Below are positions 8,396-16,288 of a DNA stretch of 19,980 nt, piece by piece. This stretch comes from an uncultured archaeon. Lineage in GTDB: Archaea; Asgardarchaeota; Lokiarchaeia; Sigyniarchaeales; SOKP01. Position 1 is the first letter of the stretch, and each line of letters begins with the position of its first letter. A program made the translations under genes and the position numbers. The notes below the pieces were generated by a model. That model searched no databases and was not told the DNA's origin. It saw only the letters and a program-made list of their open reading frames with translations. Where the stretch lies: assembly GCA_964493715.1 (NCBI GenBank), contig CAZBPC010000063.1, positions 1 to 19,980 of the forward strand, written 5' to 3'.

Positions 8396-9676
8396 ATGGT
8401 TCGAGAGAACGCGCACCACCCATCAAAAGATATCGTTGAGAGCAAGGGTACAATTCTTAGAGGAAAAACAATATGCATGTGTTTAACTGGGTCGGTAGCT
8501 GTAATAAACGCTCCAATTATCGCGAGAGAATTGATGCGATTAGGTGCTGAAGTTTTCGCAGTAATGTCAAAGGCAGCTACAGAATTAATTAACCCTTCTT
8601 TAATGCATTGGGCTACAGGTAATCCCGCTATAACTAATTTAACGGGGGAAGTAGAACATGTTTTTTTTGCGGGAAATAGACCTAAAGTTTTTGGAAAAGC
8701 AGATCTAATCTTAGTATGTCCAGCTACGGCAAATACGATATCAAAAATTGCTAATGGAATAGACGATACTCCTGTTACTACATTTGTTTCTACAGCGTTT
8801 GGATCAAATATTCCGATTGTAATCGTCCCTGCGATGCATGAGAGCATGTATCATCCTATTCTTGAACATAACATTTCATTATTAAAAAAATATGGTATGG
8901 ATATTTTAGGACCAAGAATTTCTGAAGGGAAAGCTAAGATTGCAAAAGTGGATGACATAATTGACCGAGTTATCGATTTAATAATTGCCAAGAGAGATTT
9001 AGAAGGACTTAAGATATTAATAACAGCAGGACCCACAAGAGAATACATTGACGAGATTAGGTTCGTTTCAAATAAATCATCGGGGCGGATGGGTGTTGAA
9101 CTTGCTAAGGATGCATCAGCAAGGGGAGCGGATGTAGTATTGGTTGCAGGGAAATGTATGGTAAAAATTCCCGATTATGTAAATACGATCAATGTGGTCT
9201 CCTCAGATGATTTCATAAATGCGGTTAAAAATGAATTATCCTATAAAGATTTTGATATTTTCATATGTGCTGCGGCTATTTCTGATTATAAACCAATAGA
9301 TTGTGTTGAAGGTAAGATCTCTTCTGATGATGTTAAGGAGCTCCAAATTAATATGAGATTAACTCCTAAAGTTATCAACGTAGCTCGTAAGAAAAACTAT
9401 AAAGTATTTATCGTTGCTTTTAAAGCAGAAACTAATGTTTCAAGAACTGAACTTATCGATAGAGCTTATGAGAGGTTATTAAGTTCCCAAACAGATTTAA
9501 TTGTGGCTAATGATGTAGGTAGGGAAGATGTGGGCTTTGGAAGCAAGGAAAATGAGGTATATATCATCAATAAAGCAAAACAAATCTCACATATTGAAAA
9601 AGCTTCTAAAAGATATATAGCTTCTAGGATATTAGATATAACATTGGAAAACTTCCGAATAAGAAACATCAAATAA
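8396..9676 (+). CDS. coaBC: Bifunctional phosphopantothenoylcysteine decarboxylase/phosphopantothenate-cysteine ligase (archaeal type)
   Basis: CoaC motifs TGSVA, VEHV, PATANTISKIANGIDD, PAMHESMY, EGKAK. CoaB motifs ITAGPTREYIDEIRFVSNKSSGRMG, AAAISDY, AFKAET, DLIVANDV. Confidence 0.96.
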   Translation: MVRENAHHPSKDIVESKGTILRGKTICMCLTGSVAVINAPIIARELMRLGAEVFAVMSKAATELINPSLMHWATGNPAITNLTGEVEHVFFAGNRPKVFGKADLILVCPATANTISKIANGIDDTPVTTFVSTAFGSNIPIVIVPAMHESMYHPILEHNISLLKKYGMDILGPRISEGKAKIAKVDDIIDRVIDLIIAKRDLEGLKILITAGPTREYIDEIRFVSNKSSGRMGVELAKDASARGADVVLVAGKCMVKIPDYVNTINVVSSDDFINAVKNELSYKDFDIFICAAAISDYKPIDCVEGKISSDDVKELQINMRLTPKVINVARKKNYKVFIVAFKAETNVSRTELIDRAYERLLSSQTDLIVANDVGREDVGFGSKENEVYIINKAKQISHIEKASKRYIASRILDITLENFRIRNIK

Positions 9677-9711
9677 AATTCATGCTATTTCACTTTTTAG
9701 TTTTGATTATA

Positions 9712-9727
9712 GGAAAAGATTTAAATA
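9712..9727 (+). promoter_or_regulatory. Putative BRE-TATA promoter of the top6B-top6A-hyp-pyrE operon
   Basis: GGAAAAGA-TTTAAATA, located just after a T-rich tract that follows the coaBC stop. Confidence 0.5.
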
Positions 9728-9900
9728 ATAAATCGATTTCTTTTCAAAATGAATCAAAATTTGGAAGCACAGCCTTCAAGATTTTTACTAATTTTATTAG
9801 AATTATGTTATTAGTAATGATCTAGAAGTTAGTTATGTGTTTATAAATTAAATTTAAAACGCTATTAAAACTGATAACATAGGTTTGGAGTGAGATTAAA

Positions 9901-12900
9901 ATTTCATCTGATGAGGAAGGTACAATCAAGCAAGGTACAATAGCACAATTTATGCGTAAAAGAACACAATTAGTGGGTTTTGAATTCGGATACTGGAAAC
10001 ATTCTCAATATATAACAGAGTTCTTAGATAATTGTTTAGATGCTATTGAAACGTTTCATTGGAATGAAATCGAAAAATCTGATTCAAGAAATAAATTTTC
10101 TTTGGATCAAGAAACAGCCTTAGAAAATTTATCACTAATTCAAGATTTCTTAGAAGAAGGAGAAGCAGATAATAATGGTAAAGAGGAATTATCAATAGAT
10201 AAAGAAGAAGAGGCAGGAGAAATAATTGACAAAGCTGAAATTGAAGTAGAAGAAGAAGTCCAGCGAATTTTAGAGGACATTGATGAACTTTTAAAACCTG
10301 TTATTGCTTTAGTCGATATAGAGCCAATCGTAGTCGTTAGATTAAGAGAATCTGAGCCTCCGTCTTTTTTAACATCGGAATTGTCACAAAAAAATGTAAT
10401 GAATTATACTTTAGAGATATTTGATAATGGAATCGGAATGAGTAAGGGAGATCTTCGTAAATTTGGAAAATACTTAGCAAGTTCAAAAAGTGTTGAATTA
10501 AAACAGACTCGAGGTAGTCAAGGTTTTGGAGCTCCAAGTGCTTTTTCAGATGCCCAAAATACAACTGGAAAACCTATCATTGTAGCCTCTAAGACTATCG
10601 ATATGGTGTATGCCAATGCATCTGAGTTTTTCACTACTTCAAAGAATGAAAAACGTTATTTAATACATCCTGTTGATGTTGATAGCCCTTTTGGTCATGG
10701 GACATACATTAAATTAAATTATTTAAATGTGAAATATGTGAGGGGTTATGTAGATACTTATATAAATGAGACTGCGTTGATGAATCCTCATGTCACAATT
10801 CTTTTCATTGATCCTTATGGGGAACATATAACATATCCAAGATTAGTATCATCATTTCCAAAACAACCTAAATATGCTAAACCACACCCTTCATCAACCA
10901 ATATAGGTGATCTGCAGGATCTTATAGCAAAATCAGAAAACTTAACTGTATCTGCATTTTTACAAGAAAATTTTGTGCGAATTAGCCCTAAAACCGCGAA
11001 AGAGATCATAAATATTGCTGAAAAAGAATTACAAGATAAAAATAATCTACTTATCCTTGAAGAGGGATTCATTACAAAATCAAAGAATAAAGAGGATCCA
11101 ATTTACTTTATAAAGAATGAAAAAAGGGTGTATGGACGCTCAGAAAAACCAAGAGATAAGCTCATTTTTTATCTATTAGATTCTGAAGACTTAAAGAACG
11201 ATTACTGGAATCTAATTAATGAGATTAATAAGTGCGATAAAAACCTTATAAATATAGATAAAACTATAAGAAAACATAATCGTCGAAAAGAAACAATTGA
11301 TACAAAAAAAGAACAAAAAAAAATCGAGAAAGATGTGGATAATCTAGTAAAAGAAATTGAAAATATCGATAAACAAAAAGAAGAAATAAAAAATCAAATA
11401 TATAATTTAATTAAACGGAATGAATCAGGATTAATTGAACAAAAAAAATTTATTTCTCGGGCTGAATATGAAGATGTAATTCGAGAAGTTCAAATTTCTA
11501 AAGCTAAACCTGTTGAATTGACTAATGAACAATTCAATTCTCTTTTTCATGCGTTTAAATCAATAAAATATATGGCCCCACCAACTGATACCGCTATACC
11601 CGTTGGGGATATAGTATTAGAAAATACTTTAGTAAAAGAAATCGGTCTAAAAATATCAGAAAATATCGAAGATTTTGATGATCCTGTTTCAAACCTTGTG
11701 TCTGTTAAGGAAAATTTATTGAAAGAGAAGAAAAAGCAAAATGCTTTATCAAGTGAAGATACTCCTTTAGATCACAGCGTAATTGATAGTGAAATAGAAA
11801 TAACGGTCTCAAGAATTCTCGCAAGTTATGATATTTTAGATAATAATGGAGATCCAAATGAATTCAATATTTTTTTTAATAAGATACTTAAAAACTTAAA
11901 TGATGACTTAAGAAGTAGTTATCGTGAACTATTAAATTATTTTACCGATGTCCATTCAAAAGATGATGATTTTGTTTCTGCAGAAACAAGACCTCCAACA
12001 AGTGGTAAAGGTTTAGCATATGTGGTTGAAGCAGCTTTGGCATATTGTAATGATCCTAAAAAATTAGATACTCCTAAACGTTCAAGGGATGTTTTATCTA
12101 GATTTGTAAATCGTACGCCCAAATTGAGAGATAGTGCGGAATGTGCTATAACTAAAGCAGTTCAATCTGTTAATTGGAAAAATTACAAACTAGACACCTT
12201 TGATAACAACTTACCGAAAGGTCCTATTAAACTTTTAGTTAACGTTTCAGGTCCTTATGTACATTTAATGTTTAAATCTCAATCTAAAAATGCGTTAGCA
12301 GATGATGAGGAATTAATTAAGGAGATTAAATATTGTTTAGAAGCAATTGCAAGACGTTTAAGAGCATATTTGAATAAAAAAGATACATTTAGAAAGACAG
12401 AAAAACGATCAAGTGTCATTGAAAAATATATTCCCAAATTTGTAGAGAGTCTATTTAATATTGTGAAAACTACAGAAAGTGAGTATAAAAATAAAACCTC
12501 TCCAGAAGAATTAGAACTGTTAATGAAAGAAGCAATTGGTAAAAAAGTTATGCCTAAATTAGCTACAGAACCAAAAATAGAGAAAAATGTTATACCAGAA
12601 CAAGAAGAGAGAAAAGAAATCCCTAAAGAAATTGAAATTGAATGGGAAAAAGAACCTGTTGATAAAGAAAGTAGAGATGAAGATCAAAAACCTAAGAAAG
12701 AGATTTTTTCTGAAAAAACTCTATTAAAATGGACAATTAGAGAATTAATAGAGTACAGTAAAGAATTCGGGATTTCCATTTCACCAAATTCAAGAAAAAT
12801 TGATATAATTAAAGAAATACAAGCTCGCTATAAAACTGAAGCTATCATTGAAAAACCAACGATAGAAGTAGAGGACGAGCTTGTCAAACTTGTTTCGAAA

Positions 12901-13209
12901 AGACCTGAATCTATTGAAAATCTAATTACTATTGAAGAAGGTAAACCTATAAAAAAACCTTCACAAAAACCAAAACTTAAGAAAACAATTCCCCAGACCG
13001 TTCAAACAACCTTACCCGTTATTACAACAGATAAAATTTTAGCAACACTTAACAATGAATGGCAAAACATAACACATCTTATCTTCAATTTAAAAATTAA
13101 AGATATGATGGATGCAAGGTATCTCCAGAATCGTTTAAAAGAATTGGTAAGGAGAGATAAAGTGGAAATGTTAATTATTAAAAATAAGAAACATTGGAAA
13201 TTAAAATGA
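9901..13209 (+). CDS. top6B: DNA topoisomerase VI subunit B, enlarged (~1100 aa); probable ATT start at 9901 (first ATG at 9952)
   Basis: GHKL motifs EFLDNCLDA, DNGIG, QTRGSQGFG and GT; NPH and KPHP; H2TH region; transducer motifs RFVNRTP and FKSQSK. It lies directly upstream of top6A. Confidence 0.93.
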   Translation: MSSDEEGTIKQGTIAQFMRKRTQLVGFEFGYWKHSQYITEFLDNCLDAIETFHWNEIEKSDSRNKFSLDQETALENLSLIQDFLEEGEADNNGKEELSIDKEEEAGEIIDKAEIEVEEEVQRILEDIDELLKPVIALVDIEPIVVVRLRESEPPSFLTSELSQKNVMNYTLEIFDNGIGMSKGDLRKFGKYLASSKSVELKQTRGSQGFGAPSAFSDAQNTTGKPIIVASKTIDMVYANASEFFTTSKNEKRYLIHPVDVDSPFGHGTYIKLNYLNVKYVRGYVDTYINETALMNPHVTILFIDPYGEHITYPRLVSSFPKQPKYAKPHPSSTNIGDLQDLIAKSENLTVSAFLQENFVRISPKTAKEIINIAEKELQDKNNLLILEEGFITKSKNKEDPIYFIKNEKRVYGRSEKPRDKLIFYLLDSEDLKNDYWNLINEINKCDKNLINIDKTIRKHNRRKETIDTKKEQKKIEKDVDNLVKEIENIDKQKEEIKNQIYNLIKRNESGLIEQKKFISRAEYEDVIREVQISKAKPVELTNEQFNSLFHAFKSIKYMAPPTDTAIPVGDIVLENTLVKEIGLKISENIEDFDDPVSNLVSVKENLLKEKKKQNALSSEDTPLDHSVIDSEIEITVSRILASYDILDNNGDPNEFNIFFNKILKNLNDDLRSSYRELLNYFTDVHSKDDDFVSAETRPPTSGKGLAYVVEAALAYCNDPKKLDTPKRSRDVLSRFVNRTPKLRDSAECAITKAVQSVNWKNYKLDTFDNNLPKGPIKLLVNVSGPYVHLMFKSQSKNALADDEELIKEIKYCLEAIARRLRAYLNKKDTFRKTEKRSSVIEKYIPKFVESLFNIVKTTESEYKNKTSPEELELLMKEAIGKKVMPKLATEPKIEKNVIPEQEERKEIPKEIEIEWEKEPVDKESRDEDQKPKKEIFSEKTLLKWTIRELIEYSKEFGISISPNSRKIDIIKEIQARYKTEAIIEKPTIEVEDELVKLVSKRPESIENLITIEEGKPIKKPSQKPKLKKTIPQTVQTTLPVITTDKILATLNNEWQNITHLIFNLKIKDMMDARYLQNRLKELVRRDKVEMLIIKNKKHWKLK

Positions 13210-13220
13210 GGTAAACAATA

Positions 13221-14408
13221 ATGGCAACTAAAAGTGAAAGTTGGGATTTAAAAGCGACAAAACAACTATATCAAGAATACCTAAGCAGAAATATGAAAGA
13301 ACAGAAAAAAAAAAAGATTTTACCTGTAGAAACTGTTGAAATCGATGATTTAAATAAAGCTCAAGCTCTTAAAAGAATACGTGAATTTACAGATTCTATT
13401 ATAGAAAAAATTTATAAAAATGGAAGACCGTCAATTTTTCTTCCTTCAAGAACCACTGGAAATATAATATGGGATGAAGAAAATGATTTACTTCTTTTAG
13501 GTAAACAAATGATGGAAAAACAATTCCATTCGCTAGCAAGTGTAGCTGATATGACCCGTTTGATGAAAGTATTAGAAAAAGTGAATGAATTGTTACTAAA
13601 AGATCTTCACGCGACTAAAAGAGAAATTTTCTATTCAGCAGTTACACTTTTTGGAGATCAAAAAAATAGTGATAAATGCATCGAAGATGTGGCTAGTATG
13701 CTTTACACTACAAGAAATTCAACACATATCGTCGCTTCTGCTAAAGGATCTTGTGTAGGAAGACTTCGAATAAGAGATAGGAATGATATTATTGATCTTG
13801 AAGGTTTAGGTGGTGGTGGATGGACAATATCTCCAATGCTTGATAATATTGAGATTATTGAGTCTGATGCTGAATTTATATTGGTAATAGAAAAAGATGC
13901 TGCGATGATGCGTTTAGCAGAGGCAAGATTTTGGAAGAAATATCCGTGTATTCTATTAACCGCACAAGGTGTAGGAAATGTAGCAGTACGAATGTTTTTA
14001 AAAAGGTTAAGTAAAGAGTTAAATCTCCCCGTCTTTAGTTTAGTGGATAGTGATCCTTATGGTCATTATATTCATTCGGTTTATCTCAGAGGTTCTAAGA
14101 GATTAAGCTATGAAAGTCCATTTCTAGCGACTCCCAAGATTAAACTTTTGGGTGTTTTGACTCGAGATTTGGATAAATATAAAATTCCAAACTCTGTTCG
14201 CATTCCTATGAATAAACAGGACATAAAAAGAACAACAGATCTCCTCAACGAAGATTTCGTTAAAAAAAATAAAAATTGGGAAGAAGACCTTAAATTAGCA
14301 TTGAAATTGAAAGTTAAAGCTGAAATTCAAGCTTTTTCGTCTCATGGTTTTGAATTTCTAACAGATAGATATTTACCCGAAAAATTGACAACAGGAGACT
14401 GGATTTAA
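13221..14408 (+). CDS. top6A: DNA topoisomerase VI subunit A (Spo11 family)
   Basis: TKREIFY with the catalytic Tyr, LFGDQxxSD, TOPRIM motifs IEKDA and DSDPYG, and KAEIQA. GAGGT SD motif upstream. Confidence 0.97.
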   Translation: MATKSESWDLKATKQLYQEYLSRNMKEQKKKKILPVETVEIDDLNKAQALKRIREFTDSIIEKIYKNGRPSIFLPSRTTGNIIWDEENDLLLLGKQMMEKQFHSLASVADMTRLMKVLEKVNELLLKDLHATKREIFYSAVTLFGDQKNSDKCIEDVASMLYTTRNSTHIVASAKGSCVGRLRIRDRNDIIDLEGLGGGGWTISPMLDNIEIIESDAEFILVIEKDAAMMRLAEARFWKKYPCILLTAQGVGNVAVRMFLKRLSKELNLPVFSLVDSDPYGHYIHSVYLRGSKRLSYESPFLATPKIKLLGVLTRDLDKYKIPNSVRIPMNKQDIKRTTDLLNEDFVKKNKNWEEDLKLALKLKVKAEIQAFSSHGFEFLTDRYLPEKLTTGDWI

Positions 14409-14425
14409 TTTAGAGAGGAGAAGAA

Positions 14426-14947
14426 ATGAGAATATTTCATAAAAAAGATGGAGGAATTGTCCAACTTGTAGACAAGGATGAAATTAAAGAATGGCCAGTT
14501 GAACTCCCTTTAATTTTTATTGAATATATAAGGAAAGATAAGTTAGCTAACTATAACGATAAACAAGTCGAGAAAGAAATAGAAATATATTTAGATGAGA
14601 TTTTAACAGAAATCGCCATTCCAAGAATGATCTCGGTTTTAGATGGCGAGAATGAAACAGAAATTAAAACCGTCCTTGAAAGAATTGATGAATTAGCAAA
14701 AAAAAAAATTGATTTAGTAAAACCAATAAAACCTTACATTGAAAAATTAAATAAAAAATCAAATAAGAATGATATCAGTAAGGCTTGCGAGTCCATTTTA
14801 TCTACATTTATAAAAGAAGAAAATAAAAAAGCACTCGCTGAGAAAAGGAAAATAATGAGGCAGATAGAACAAGAATTTCTTCAAGGTAAAATTAGTGGTG
14901 AAGAATACTCTAAAGCACGAAAAGAATACTTAATTATGAAAGAATAG
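14426..14947 (+). CDS. Hypothetical helical protein, 173 aa, with a C-terminal SHOCT-like motif
   Basis: Strong GAGGAG SD motif. The C-terminal FLQGKISGEEYSKARKEYL fits the SHOCT pattern (G-x-I-S-x-E-E-Y). The middle region looks like a HEAT-like helical pair. Confidence 0.65.
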   Translation: MRIFHKKDGGIVQLVDKDEIKEWPVELPLIFIEYIRKDKLANYNDKQVEKEIEIYLDEILTEIAIPRMISVLDGENETEIKTVLERIDELAKKKIDLVKPIKPYIEKLNKKSNKNDISKACESILSTFIKEENKKALAEKRKIMRQIEQEFLQGKISGEEYSKARKEYLIMKE

Positions 14948-14957
14948 GTTTTTTATA

Positions 14958-15629
14958 TTGGATTGGGTAGATAAATCAAAATTTTTAGAATTTATTATTG
15001 AAAATGAAGTAGTTGGTTTTTTTAATGAACCAATCAAATTAAAATCGGGAAGATTATCGAATTGGTATGTAAATTGGAGGAATATCGCCCAGGATGTTTT
15101 TCTAATGGATCAACTTACTGATTTCATAATCTCTTTTGTTGAATTCTTGAACTTAAAACCTGATTGTTTTTATGGTGTACCAGAAGGTGCAACTAAATTA
15201 GGTATAATTACACAACTGAAATGGGCAAAAAAGCAATCAAATTACAGTAAAGGGACGTACCTATTACCGATGGGGAGAGGCAAGTTAAAAGAACACGGAG
15301 ATCCTAAAGACCGATTTTTTCTTGGTGAACCTAAAGGAAAGGTAATAATACTTGAAGATACTACCACTACAGCTGGTTCTTTAATTGCAGCTATTAAATC
15401 TTTAGAAAAACTTGATGTAGAAATTATTGCTTCAATAGTTATGACAGAAAGGAATGAAATACGTGATGATGGGAAAAATGTCAAAGAAATCCTTTTAAAA
15501 GAGAATGTGAATTTTTTTACAATGAGTAATGCATTAGAAATTATCCCTTTATTAAAACCAAATAAACTCCAATCAAATATTATTAAGGATTATTTTAAAA
15601 AATATGGTACGAGGCAAATAGAACTTTAG
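14958..15629 (+). CDS. pyrE: Orotate phosphoribosyltransferase
   Basis: LKSGRLSNWYVN, GVPEGA, flexible loop RGKLKEHG and PRPP-binding motif VIILEDTTTTAGS. Confidence 0.9.
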   Translation: MDWVDKSKFLEFIIENEVVGFFNEPIKLKSGRLSNWYVNWRNIAQDVFLMDQLTDFIISFVEFLNLKPDCFYGVPEGATKLGIITQLKWAKKQSNYSKGTYLLPMGRGKLKEHGDPKDRFFLGEPKGKVIILEDTTTTAGSLIAAIKSLEKLDVEIIASIVMTERNEIRDDGKNVKEILLKENVNFFTMSNALEIIPLLKPNKLQSNIIKDYFKKYGTRQIEL

Positions 15630-15631
15630 AT

Positions 15632-16192
15632 TCATTCAAATGTTAAAAAAAATGTTCTCCACTTTTTTATTATTTTATAAATCTTATTAAATAGTAAATG
15701 TTCTGATTTTGTCAATCTTTTTTCATCATCCAAAGAAAGTTCAGTTTTTGCTAATTTTAACAATTTTAATAACCTGCTATCAATGATATTAGTGGTATAA
15801 GAATTATATCTATCAAGATCCATTTTTGGTTTTTTCTTATCTTCTACAGCCTTTTCCATTAATGAACGAAACTCCTTAGATTTTATCAAAAAATTATCCT
15901 TATCTTGTTGGATGAGCTTCTGACTATCCCTTTCTCTAATGGCGAACCTTTGGATATCTACATTATCATATTTCTCATTTTGGCTCACAGCTAAAATTCC
16001 ACCTTCAATAAATGGGATGGCTAAAAAATTTTTCATCCTATATTTTTTTCCTTTTTCAAAGGGTCCAAATGAATCTCCCAATAACGAGAAACCCTTATGA
16101 TCATTTATACATTCAGTAGATAAACCTTCATTTTTAAATATAAAATCTAATCTTTTCAAAGCATCGTCTAAAGGAATTTCAATTTTTATCAT
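15632..16192 (-). CDS. gins23: DNA replication GINS complex subunit, Gins23 (Psf2/Psf3-like, B-A domain order)
   Basis: N-terminal beta domain (FGPFEKG...FLAIPFIEGGIL), then a helical domain with RERDSQKL, SRLLKLLKLA and LTKSEHLLF..I..W. The ATG at 16192 follows a GGTGTGA SD motif (the ORF track starts at GTG 16201). It lies near mcm. Confidence 0.8.
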   Translation of the reverse strand: MIKIEIPLDDALKRLDFIFKNEGLSTECINDHKGFSLLGDSFGPFEKGKKYRMKNFLAIPFIEGGILAVSQNEKYDNVDIQRFAIRERDSQKLIQQDKDNFLIKSKEFRSLMEKAVEDKKKPKMDLDRYNSYTTNIIDSRLLKLLKLAKTELSLDDEKRLTKSEHLLFNKIYKIIKKWRTFFLTFE

Positions 16193-16288
16193 ATTTTTCA
16201 CACCATATTTAATAATCTAAAATTCTTTTATCTATTAAATTATTTAGCAACCAGAATTAACACTTATTAACATCTTAATATATTTAGA

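Noticed and set aside
8820-8945. Missing bacterial-type ACGxxGxG substrate-clamp motif in CoaC
   Set aside because: The PAMHxxMY...EGKAK form is what I recall for archaeal CoaBC, so it is not evidence of inactivation.
8317-9672. Minus-strand ORFs 8317..8847, 8851..9048 and 9466..9672
   Set aside because: Antisense shadows of the well-supported coaBC gene.
9917-9941. Direct repeat AAGGTACAAT x2
   Set aside because: It lies in the extended top6B coding frame (GTI...GTI) and is too short to imply a regulatory array.
10050-11960. Inteins in Top6B
   Set aside because: No splice-junction residues or homing endonuclease motifs at the insertion boundaries.
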